This document shows, in pieces, positions 16,725-24,039 of a stretch of 24,039 nucleotides of DNA. The number at the start of each line of letters is the position of its first letter. Position 1 is the stretch's first letter. The translations under genes were made by a program, and so were the position numbers. Below the pieces are notes generated by a model, which saw only the letters and a program-made list of their open reading frames with translations, searched no databases and was not told where the DNA came from. This stretch comes from a virus (Duplodnaviria; Caudoviricetes), in the IMG/VR virus record IMGVR_UViG_3300037515_000193, positions 1 through 24,039 of that record. One strand, 5' to 3'.

Positions 16725-16889
16725 CTAGCCATCGACCACCGCTCGCTGTTCAAGCATCAGGCTCATCTCGTCGTCAGGCGATACGGCATCCTCACTCTGT
16801 TCGAGCATGGCGATGCCGCGCACCAGCCACGCCGGTTCGGTCAGCACGGCCGACGGCGGAATGTGCCAGCGTTGGGCCAGAGCGTCCAC
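16725..16889 (-). CDS. Tail assembly chaperone, frameshift extension (gpT-like part)
   Basis: Manual: VDALAQRWHIPPSAVLTEPAWLVRGIAMLEQ...VVDG*; it is in the -1 frame of the upstream chaperone and open from the slippery site. Confidence 0.8.
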   Translation of the reverse strand: MDALAQRWHIPPSAVLTEPAWLVRGIAMLEQSEDAVSPDDEMSLMLEQRAVVDG

Positions 16890-17248
16890 TATTCGGAGGC
16901 CGTCTCCGCTAAAGGGTGCGTATCAGCCATAGCGCGGCTCCACGCGCCCATCAGATCGACAACGAAATTGACAGGTAGGGACATCAGCCCGTCGAAGTCA
17001 GCGGGGACGGGCTCGCCGTTACGGTCCTTGATGTTCCACTCGATCAGGAACTTCGCAAACTCCTGCATAAGAGCGCGGACATCTTCGACGTTGCGGTCAT
17101 CGTCCTTGTTCAGTTCCTCGAACCGAAGCGCCGTACCGAATGGGGCATCAAGAGACGCCCGGATAATCAGGCCATCGTGCTTCCCCTCGAACTGGAGAAT
17201 CGCGATGGTCTCCGGGATCTGATACCCGGTTCCGTTCTTCTTGCTCAT
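16889..17248 (-). CDS. Tail assembly chaperone (gpG-like)
   Basis: Lies between the tail tube and tape measure genes; LIEWNIKDRNGEPVP motif; GGGAGAAGGA RBS before ATG 17248. Confidence 0.85.
   Translation of the reverse strand: MSKKNGTGYQIPETIAILQFEGKHDGLIIRASLDAPFGTALRFEELNKDDDRNVEDVRALMQEFAKFLIEWNIKDRNGEPVPADFDGLMSLPVNFVVDLMGAWSRAMADTHPLAETASE
16910..16916 (-). other. Programmed -1 ribosomal frameshift site C CCT TTA
   Basis: XXXYYYZ heptamer in the correct phase, a few codons before the chaperone stop. Confidence 0.8.
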
Positions 17249-17339
17249 ATTCCTTCTCCCATCCACTAGGCGGCGGGCGGTTGTCATCGGAGAGACGTGG
17301 CCGCTAGTGGTCGGCCCCGCCCGCCATAGGTCTAGTTGG

Positions 17340-17759
17340 TTACGCCCAGGCCGGAACCACGCCGCTCGACAGGTTGGCGGTTGTGGAGCCCGTGAGAGAG
17401 CCGTCAGCCGCGCGGGTGAACGGGAAGTCTCCCAGTAGGCAGTCCATAGCCAGCGTCAGGCTGTCGTGCGTGAACGTGTGCGTCCGGCCGACGTCCGAAC
17501 CGTTGAGGGTGCGGTACGCCTTGAGGACGGTGACGATGCCTGTTGTCGCCGCACTGTTCCAGACGTAGCTGTAGTTGAACGATCCGTCCGCCAGCAGCAG
17601 CAGCCGTTCATGGGCGCTGACATCGAGCCCAGTCGTGTCCTGCTGGCCGCTTGGGGTGTTCAGTGTTACGGTCGTCACGTCGTTCTTCACGGCTCGCTGC
17701 GTGCCGCCGGCGTCGTCAATGCTGAACGTGGTGACGCCCAGTCCGGAGATTTTCGCCAT
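17340..17759 (-). CDS. Major tail (tube) protein
   Basis: MAKISGLG start, 139 aa and beta-rich, directly upstream of the chaperone. Confidence 0.8.
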   Translation of the reverse strand: MAKISGLGVTTFSIDDAGGTQRAVKNDVTTVTLNTPSGQQDTTGLDVSAHERLLLLADGSFNYSYVWNSAATTGIVTVLKAYRTLNGSDVGRTHTFTHDSLTLAMDCLLGDFPFTRAADGSLTGSTTANLSSGVVPAWA

Positions 17760-17871
17760 CTCTGTTTTCCTTTCCCCCAGAGACGGCCTAGAATCAGGCC
17801 GAGCCTCCGGGCTCACTACCGCCCCGCGCCGTCCATGCCGCCAAGCTCAGGCGGCGCGGGGCCTCTTTCTG

Positions 17872-18324
17872 TTAGGCTTCGTTCATTTCCTTGAGTCGCG
17901 TTCTTGCCTCTATGAGCGCGTCACCGCCGACCTGATAGCGCTCCTGGTATTCGTCGTGCGTTGTCCGGCGCTTGCGGCCGGCGGGAGTCGTCCCGGCGAA
18001 ATAGATCGCCTCGTCGTCCTCCCACTGCAGCCGGTGTCCGGTGCATTGACCGGGGAAGAAGTCGATTCGGATCGCACCCTCAACCAGCGCCGCTTCTTTG
18101 TGCTGGCCCGCCTTGCCTTCTCTGATGTAGCGATAGAGATTCGCGTCCTTCTCGTCGCTCAGATCAAGAGTGATGCTGTAACCCTTCTCCCAGCGCTCGC
18201 AGCCATCCTTCGGGCACGGCTTACTGCCCTGTCGTTTCGCCGCCGTGATCGCCTGCATCCCTTCGGCCTGACCGTGACCCTGCCCGGAGAGCTGTTGGCC
18301 AGAGCGATAAAAGTTAGTCCTCAT
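17872..18324 (-). CDS. Hypothetical tail-region protein
   Basis: 150 aa ORF with an ATGA overlap; FFPGQC motif. Confidence 0.65.
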   Translation of the reverse strand: MRTNFYRSGQQLSGQGHGQAEGMQAITAAKRQGSKPCPKDGCERWEKGYSITLDLSDEKDANLYRYIREGKAGQHKEAALVEGAIRIDFFPGQCTGHRLQWEDDEAIYFAGTTPAGRKRRTTHDEYQERYQVGGDALIEARTRLKEMNEA

Positions 18325-19097
18325 GCCGTCGCCCCTTCGTTTCGGTTGGCCGAGTAGTAGCGGACAATCATTACCGCGAAGTCAACGCTCGTGTAACCAG
18401 CCGATGTTGTGAGGTCGAGCGTCAGGTATTGCTCGATCGTCTGCGTCAGCGATGTCTCGATGCGCTCCGTCACTGGCGCCGTTGTGATCTGCGTGAACGC
18501 CCCACCGGTGATGTTGCCGTAGGCGTCGGACCCGCCGTTGTCGTCCGACTCCTGAATGGTGATCGTTACGTCATCGCCGTCGAAGTCGGTTACGTGGAGA
18601 TAGGCCGCGAGCCCGAAGCTGGTAGCCGTCGCCGCTACGTCATCCCCAAAGTCCACCCCGGTTAGCGTCTCGATACCGGTTGACTGGACAACGCCCGCTG
18701 TCATTTGCAGCCCGTACTCAAGTCCGTAGCCGTTCGCCATGAACTGCACCGGCATGAGGATGTCGCCGTCGGCGGATCGGTTCTGCCCGAACGCAACCTT
18801 GTGTGCGACCAACGACACGCCGACATTCCCCTGAGCCGTGCCCCGGAAGTACGTCACCAGCGCGTCCGTGAGGCTGGCTTTTAGAACGGGGTGCGCTCCC
18901 CCAGAGTCGGAGTTCCAGTACGCATCACAGGCGATCTCACCGTCAGCGAGTCCGTAGGCACGCTCGTGGGCGCTCTTGTCGATACCGGTGCGTATTAGGT
19001 GCGCCGACGGCCAGCCGAGCCGGGTAACGGCCTTGATGTCGTTGGACAGGTTGTTTCCGTTGACGTATAAGTTGTCACCGAGCCCGCTACTCTTCAT
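18321..19097 (-). CDS. Tail-tube paralogue with C-terminal beta domain
   Basis: N-terminal half aligns by eye with 17340..17759 (SGLG, TGxDxSAHER, LADG, WNS, VLKA, RxADG). Confidence 0.75.
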   Translation of the reverse strand: MKSSGLGDNLYVNGNNLSNDIKAVTRLGWPSAHLIRTGIDKSAHERAYGLADGEIACDAYWNSDSGGAHPVLKASLTDALVTYFRGTAQGNVGVSLVAHKVAFGQNRSADGDILMPVQFMANGYGLEYGLQMTAGVVQSTGIETLTGVDFGDDVAATATSFGLAAYLHVTDFDGDDVTITIQESDDNGGSDAYGNITGGAFTQITTAPVTERIETSLTQTIEQYLTLDLTTSAGYTSVDFAVMIVRYYSANRNEGATA

Positions 19098-19269
19098 CGC
19101 TCACCTCTTCTCTCTTCCGGCGCGTACCCGCCTCCACGACGATCCCCCGCGCCAGCGCCTTCTTGACGTTCATGTGGTCTGGCGGGTCAAACACTTCCCC
19201 GTCAGCCCATCGAAGCTGCGTGCCGTCCTTGTCCTTGATGCTTACCGTTCCTACTGCGCGTAATCTCAT
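19087..19269 (-). CDS. Small hypothetical virion-region protein
   Basis: 60 aa with a GGGAGAAG RBS. Confidence 0.65.
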   Translation of the reverse strand: MRLRAVGTVSIKDKDGTQLRWADGEVFDPPDHMNVKKALARGIVVEAGTRRKREEVSDEE

Positions 19270-19279
19270 GTGCTTCTCC

Positions 19280-19720
19280 CTACGGTGCGAACGTCGCCCG
19301 GTCGTCTATCCGATAAGCAAACTCAAATTCCAAAATGCGATGCCAGAGAGTTTCGATCTGCGCGTATCCCCAGCGCCATTCGATTTCGGTCGGCAGCAGG
19401 TACGCCACTTCGCCGCCGATCGTGAAGTCCCCGGCGAGGTCGGCGGCGATTTGCGCGCGCCAACGATCCAGGTCAAACTCCACCTGCTCCTGTGGCTCGC
19501 GTAGCATGTTTTCGTATCGGCGAAGCATTACAACATGGATCTCGCGCATGGTCTGTAGCGTTACTTCGTCGACGCGACCCGTCATCGGAATCACAGCGAC
19601 GACTCCGTTTTGCATCCCCTTTTTCGGCTCGCCAATCACCACCTTGCTCACCTTGCCGATCGCCTTGACGTGAGACTGGATCACCCGGAGCGCGTCAAGG
19701 TTTGTCGTCGCGTCCGTCAC
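19280..19720 (-). CDS. Putative tail terminator / completion protein
   Basis: Position in the neck module, 146 aa, GDFTIGG motif. Confidence 0.65.
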   Translation of the reverse strand: MTDATTNLDALRVIQSHVKAIGKVSKVVIGEPKKGMQNGVVAVIPMTGRVDEVTLQTMREIHVVMLRRYENMLREPQEQVEFDLDRWRAQIAADLAGDFTIGGEVAYLLPTEIEWRWGYAQIETLWHRILEFEFAYRIDDRATFAP

Positions 19721-20109
19721 GTCAACCTCTTCGTTGCGCGCTTATAGACCTTGCCGCCGAACTCTCTCGATAGGCGGGTGATGTGCTGGCGAGTCTTACG
19801 CCAAATCCCATAGCCCTTGAAGCGGCCCTGGTGACGCGACCCGGACTCTAGCCAATTCCCGATGATCGCCATCTTTCGCGTGCCTTCGTTGCCGATGCCG
19901 CCGTGAAGATTACTCACTATCGTTCCGTGGATCGTGGACTTGTAACGGCCCGAAAGCTCACCGTGCCCGACGTACAGTTGCGACAGAGCCTTAGCGCGGC
20001 CTTCGTTCACCATGTCCTTCACCCACTCCCGGTTCGCCTCTTTCATCACCTTCTGGGACGCGCCGAAGAACGGCCCCGCAACGCTAGTGTCGATCGTGAC
20101 CCTCGCCAT
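19717..20109 (-). CDS. Putative neck protein (HK97 gp10-like)
   Basis: Basic 130 aa; SGRYKSTI, WLESG and FKGYGIWR; TGATG overlap. Confidence 0.65.
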   Translation of the reverse strand: MARVTIDTSVAGPFFGASQKVMKEANREWVKDMVNEGRAKALSQLYVGHGELSGRYKSTIHGTIVSNLHGGIGNEGTRKMAIIGNWLESGSRHQGRFKGYGIWRKTRQHITRLSREFGGKVYKRATKRLT

Positions 20110-21146
20110 CAGATCGAAACCACCCCGAAGGCTTCGATGCACTGCATCCGCAACCGCTCGACCTCGTTGGCGTTGATGTTGACCGCCGAGTCGCCTGAGA
20201 TTTGCCCGGTGTAGCCGGACGCGCCCTCCTTGACCCCCAGGATCGCCATCGCCCGTACCCACTTCGCCAGCAGCGCCGCAGGAGCGTACTTCGTGATCGC
20301 CGCACTGTTGGCATGTACCGCCGCGTCCGTACCGTTGACCCCCCTCACAACCGTCAGGGTCCGCGCAACGTAGACGGTGATGCCGGTGGAGTGAGCCGAC
20401 AGCACGGAGCCGTCGACCGCCCGCTCGACCGTGATATCGTTGCCGCTGATCGCCTCAACGCGGACCTTCTCCGAGTCCAGCAGTAGCACCTCACCCACGT
20501 TGACCGCCGCCCCGGACGTCAGCGTGATCGTGACATCGCTCAGGGATTCGGTGACATCGGCGTCGTTGACCGTAGTGCCCGAAGTCACGAACGCCCGCCC
20601 GGACACGAACAGCGCCTCGGTGCCGATCAATAAGGTGTCCCCCACTTCGATCAACGCTGCGCTGGAGCAGACAAACGTAGTAGCGGCGGCATCTGATGCC
20701 AGCCCGCTCGCCACGGTCCCCGCAGTCTTGGTGGCTTCGGAGTAGCCGAACCGCCCTGTAACAACAACACTCCGCTGCGTGGTATCCCCTGCTTGGAACG
20801 CCGCTGACGTAGACAGGTCGATCTCGATCTGGCGGTAGGGCGGCTCGTTGACGGGCTCAAGGAAGATGCTCCCCAGGACGATAGCTGTTCCCCCGGCGGT
20901 CAACTCCGTCACATCAAGGATGTCCTCTCGCGGCTCGTAGAGGATCGCGCTCCGGCCAGCCTTTTGCGGCCAGTCGTAATAGCGGGATTCAGTAACGGGG
21001 ATAAACGTGCGCTTAAGGACCTGCTCGGCTGTTTCGCTGCCAGCTTCGATCTGCGCGTCTATTACGGCATCGATGGCGCTACCGTCTAAGCCAGCAGCGG
21101 CCTTCACCGCTTCCCGCGAGGTGTACCACCTCGTAGCGTTACTCAC
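20109..21146 (-). CDS. Head-tail adaptor-like protein with inserted beta domains
   Basis: YTSREAVKAA...IEAGSETAEQVLKRTF and SVVVTGRFGY adaptor motifs plus an inserted repeat. Confidence 0.7.
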   Translation of the reverse strand: MSNATRWYTSREAVKAAAGLDGSAIDAVIDAQIEAGSETAEQVLKRTFIPVTESRYYDWPQKAGRSAILYEPREDILDVTELTAGGTAIVLGSIFLEPVNEPPYRQIEIDLSTSAAFQAGDTTQRSVVVTGRFGYSEATKTAGTVASGLASDAAATTFVCSSAALIEVGDTLLIGTEALFVSGRAFVTSGTTVNDADVTESLSDVTITLTSGAAVNVGEVLLLDSEKVRVEAISGNDITVERAVDGSVLSAHSTGITVYVARTLTVVRGVNGTDAAVHANSAAITKYAPAALLAKWVRAMAILGVKEGASGYTGQISGDSAVNINANEVERLRMQCIEAFGVVSI

Positions 21147-21195
21147 CTAATACTCCCTGCTTTCGAGGAGAAAGAGAGCGACGCAGGTATTCCGT

Positions 21196-21375
21196 TTATG
21201 TTCCCTGCGTCGACCCCTCCGTTGTTCGATAGTGCCCAAGCGCGCAGTTCAAGATTCCGTCTCGGTTGTCCAGTGGTTCACCACAGAGCGGACAGGCAAC
21301 GTTCTCCTGTTGCTTGTCCTGCTCCTCCAGATCGCGGGCCTCTTCCTTGATGGCCGCGTACTGCTCCCAGCTCAC
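21196..21375 (-). CDS. 59 aa zinc-ribbon protein (missing from the ORF track)
   Basis: Manual: MSWEQYAAIKEEARDLEEQDKQQENVACPLCGEPLDNRDGILNCALGHYRTTEGSTQGT; GTGA overlap. Confidence 0.7.
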   Translation of the reverse strand: MSWEQYAAIKEEARDLEEQDKQQENVACPLCGEPLDNRDGILNCALGHYRTTEGSTQGT

Positions 21376-22145
21376 GACAGCCCCACCATCGGATTCATCA
21401 GGTTGTAAAGCTGTGACACCTCAGCGGCGGTGAGTTCTTTGCCCGTAATGAACGGCATGGCGATCCGTCCGTGAAACTCCGTTGTCGGTGTGGCCGTGAC
21501 ACCCCCGCACCCGATGGTCAGCGGAGCGTCCGTGTCCTCCATGCCGACAAAGGAACCATCCTCCGTCGTGCTACCGTCATTCACCGCAACGCCATCCACG
21601 TACAGAAAAACCTCCGGGCCGTCGGCGGTGCCGTCGTAAGTGGCCACGACAAACTGAAGGAGTCCTTGTGTCAGCGCCGCATCCGATACCGCGATCTCAG
21701 TAGCCGAGGCCGAAGCGTCATGTAGTTCCAAATCGAGCTTGCCGTCAGCGTCGATCCAGAACCGCCACTCCTCCTTATTCCCGGCGGAGTCATACTTGGC
21801 CATGATGACGTTCGAGGCGATGGCGTTCGGTCGTATCCATGCGCCCCATGAAACCGCGCCCGTGGTAAATGTGTAGTTGGCGTGGTCGATCCCGGCGAGA
21901 TGGTGATCCCCCGTGGGGTGGAAGTGGTAGGAGAACAGCCCACAAGGAAGCAGCAGCGGCGAAAAGTCATCCTCAAGCGCCTCCGCAGAACCACCCGACT
22001 CCGCCGCCGTCAAGTCCCCAACGCCAATCCCGGTAACGAGAGTCCCCGTCTTTTCCCAGAACGGCCACAGCGAACGCTTGGTCGTCCCGAGAACCCCGAG
22101 GATCGTGTCGAGCTTGGCCTCTAGGCCAGGGTTGTAACCAGCCAT
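21372..22145 (-). CDS. LamG / concanavalin A-like domain virion protein
   Basis: SWGAWIRP, FVVATYDG, LYVDGV, PLTIG, FHGRI and LTAAEVSQLY; TAATG overlap start. Confidence 0.85.
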   Translation of the reverse strand: MAGYNPGLEAKLDTILGVLGTTKRSLWPFWEKTGTLVTGIGVGDLTAAESGGSAEALEDDFSPLLLPCGLFSYHFHPTGDHHLAGIDHANYTFTTGAVSWGAWIRPNAIASNVIMAKYDSAGNKEEWRFWIDADGKLDLELHDASASATEIAVSDAALTQGLLQFVVATYDGTADGPEVFLYVDGVAVNDGSTTEDGSFVGMEDTDAPLTIGCGGVTATPTTEFHGRIAMPFITGKELTAAEVSQLYNLMNPMVGLS

Positions 22146-22624
22146 TACGCAGGCTCGATGTATGCGCCCTCGTCGAGCGGGATGTACGTCAGCAGCCAAG
22201 CGATCTCCAGGTTGGCGTCATCGCCCGTCTGTACAAGCTGGATGGCGTCGAGCGTGTCCGGCCTGCCGAGAATGACCGGCGAGGACGGCATACCCGTAAG
22301 GTTCGCGCCCACGTCGATAATCGGCGTGTTGCCGGTGCCGTTCAGGATCACCGCAACCTCGCCCGTCAGGAAGTAGGTCGTGCCCACCGCATCGCCAGTT
22401 ACGGTAGTGGCGGCGCAGAGGTCGATCGTGTTGGTCTCCGTCTGGAGCTTGATAGTCGTCGCGCCGCCGTCGGCCTCGACCGTCACCGAGCCCGTGAGCA
22501 AAGTCACGAGATTGCGCCCGTAAACCGTGAAGATATTGGCGCTGGCGAGTGCGGCCATCGTCTTGTTGACGACGATGCCCAGGGTCGTCTCGCGGACTGC
22601 CTGCCCTTGACTTGGGTTGCTCAT
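22145..22624 (-). CDS. Putative capsid decoration protein
   Basis: 159 aa beta-rich ORF in the post-capsid cluster. Confidence 0.55.
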   Translation of the reverse strand: MSNPSQGQAVRETTLGIVVNKTMAALASANIFTVYGRNLVTLLTGSVTVEADGGATTIKLQTETNTIDLCAATTVTGDAVGTTYFLTGEVAVILNGTGNTPIIDVGANLTGMPSSPVILGRPDTLDAIQLVQTGDDANLEIAWLLTYIPLDEGAYIEPA

Positions 22625-22962
22625 CTGTTACTCCTTCGCCTCTTGGGCTTAGATCGTTCTGGCTCTTCCGGCGGCGCCGGCTCTTCGAATCCGCCTACGA
22701 TCACGGCCTCTGCGGGCTCCTCAGTGGCCTCCTCGATCACGCCTTCAACCACCTCTTCCTCCGGTTCCGGAGACTGAACCGGAACCGGAGACACTGCCCC
22801 GAGCGCTCTCACCTTCGCTTCGAGCGGGTGCTCGTAGTTGTACTTGTCCTTGATGTAGTCAGCCGCGCCGTCGAAGTCGCTCTCATCCAGGCATCGATAC
22901 ACGTCATGCCCTTGCGGGAATCGAGACGTAAGCCGTGCGCGAATGTCAGCGAGGTTAGCCAT
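22621..22962 (-). CDS. Hypothetical protein with acidic/Pro-rich tail
   Basis: 113 aa ORF packed in the operon. Confidence 0.6.
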   Translation of the reverse strand: MANLADIRARLTSRFPQGHDVYRCLDESDFDGAADYIKDKYNYEHPLEAKVRALGAVSPVPVQSPEPEEEVVEGVIEEATEEPAEAVIVGGFEEPAPPEEPERSKPKRRRSNR

Positions 22963-22966
22963 TGGT

Positions 22967-23389
22967 TTAGGACTTCACCGCTGGAAGGTTCTCCGGCGTC
23001 CGCTGGACCTTTAGGCCGTGCAGCACGACACTAACCACACAGGAGCCGTCCACTTCGACCTCCAGTTGGTTGTAATTGGCGGAGAACATCGATTGGTCGA
23101 ATTCGATGGCGCAGAGGGACTGGGCGGCGGCGCTGGATTTCGTCACCTCGTCATCTGCGGTCTGGGTCTGCTTCGACCATGCCCCACCGGCCCCGTCGCT
23201 CGTGTAGTAGTGGTCGATCACGTTCCCCAATGCGGCGGGGGACCCACCATTGAGCCGCTGCTTCAGCGAGATGACCGCCTCCGCTGAGGACTCATAGGCA
23301 TAGATTGTCGCTCCGCTGTAGTTCTTCATGTCACAGATCACCGAGTCACCGATGTGGACATAGTTGTGACTTTGTCCTAGTCCTTCCAT
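22967..23389 (-). CDS. Putative capsid decoration/cement protein
   Basis: Directly after the capsid gene; strong AAGGAGG RBS; beta-rich. Confidence 0.6.
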   Translation of the reverse strand: MEGLGQSHNYVHIGDSVICDMKNYSGATIYAYESSAEAVISLKQRLNGGSPAALGNVIDHYYTSDGAGGAWSKQTQTADDEVTKSSAAAQSLCAIEFDQSMFSANYNQLEVEVDGSCVVSVVLHGLKVQRTPENLPAVKS

Positions 23390-23406
23390 TTTTCCTTTTC
23401 CTCCTT

Positions 23407-23469
23407 GCGCCGAAGGGTTTCAATGCTCCGGTGCGCTAGCCCCGGCAGGGGGTTGATTGCCTGCCGGGG
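23407..23469 (-). promoter_or_regulatory. Twin hairpins with similar loops after the capsid gene
   Basis: CCCCGGCAGG/CCTGCCGGGG (23440-23469) and a second stem at 23407-23436; loops GCAATCAACCC and GCATTGAAACCC. Confidence 0.5.
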
Positions 23470-23482
23470 TTGGATCACTTGA

Positions 23483-24039
23483 TTACGCCCTCGCTGCGAG
23501 CGTGACGAACGGGCTCACAGTGGAACCGTTCACCGGCTGGAATGCGCTCTGAATCCAGGGCCTACCGTCCACGCGAGAGATCACGCGCAGAAGCGTCTCG
23601 TCGTTGAGGAACCGGGCGTGCTCGCTCGTCTCCATCGAGACGGCCTGCCGGTCTCCCACCAGGTAGTAAGAGAAGTCGAGCAGGTTGAGATCGCCCTGGT
23701 CGCCGAGAACCGGCACCTTCTCCGTGATGATTAGTGGACGGCCCAGCATGGTCGCAAACGGACCGCTGCGAATGTCCACCAGCGCAACCGAAGATCCACC
23801 CGTGCCAACCGGCAGGGAGAGGGTCATCAGTTCGGTAAAGGTCGTCTGGTTGGTGACCCAGACCGCCGTGTTGAGCGAACTCGGAAGGCACCGGGAGTAC
23901 ATATTGAGCACATTGTTCAGGACGATGGTGTCGGCAGTCTGCCCGCCTTCCTTCGCCACAACCACCGTCGCGTCCGCGTTCAAGATGCCCTCCGGCTCAC
24001 CCGCCCCTGTGCCGGTGAAGAACGCCAGGTCCTCGAAGA
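23483..24039 (-). CDS. Major capsid protein, HK97 fold (C-terminal part)
   Basis: TMLGRPLIITEKVPVLGDQGDLNLLDFSYYLVGDRQ...FLNDETLLRVISRVDG; the frame runs off the window. Confidence 0.92.
   Translation of the reverse strand, partial: FEDLAFFTGTGAGEPEGILNADATVVVAKEGGQTADTIVLNNVLNMYSRCLPSSLNTAVWVTNQTTFTELMTLSLPVGTGGSSVALVDIRSGPFATMLGRPLIITEKVPVLGDQGDLNLLDFSYYLVGDRQAVSMETSEHARFLNDETLLRVISRVDGRPWIQSAFQPVNGSTVSPFVTLAARA

Overview
This window is a 24 kb piece of a GC-rich temperate siphovirus-type phage or prophage. The host is unresolved; Chloroflexota or Actinomycetota is only a guess. Almost all genes lie on the minus strand. Reading right to left: the end of an HK97-fold major capsid gene, capsid decoration and LamG genes, head-tail joining genes, two paralogous tail-tube-like genes, a tail assembly chaperone with a -1 frameshift (CCCTTTA), tape measure, minor tail and fibre genes, and a lysis cassette with an amidase and several small membrane proteins. 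Next is a plus-strand pair (tyrosine recombinase and a membrane-anchored protein), then a minus-strand early operon with many Cys-rich microproteins, an HTH protein, an HNH-like gene, RusA and a ~290 nt structured region. The most notable feature is two unrelated HNH endonuclease genes inserted in inverted orientation exactly at the start codons of tail genes. Each carries its own promoter and supplies a new RBS and start for the interrupted gene (one start is ATT). Each also has a fully open antisense frame running from the original ATG to a stop that abuts or overlaps the new start, which looks like a translational bridge. No repressor gene is recognisable; the recombinase faces the early operon across convergent promoters. 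All protein calls come from motifs and gene order read by eye, with no database searches.
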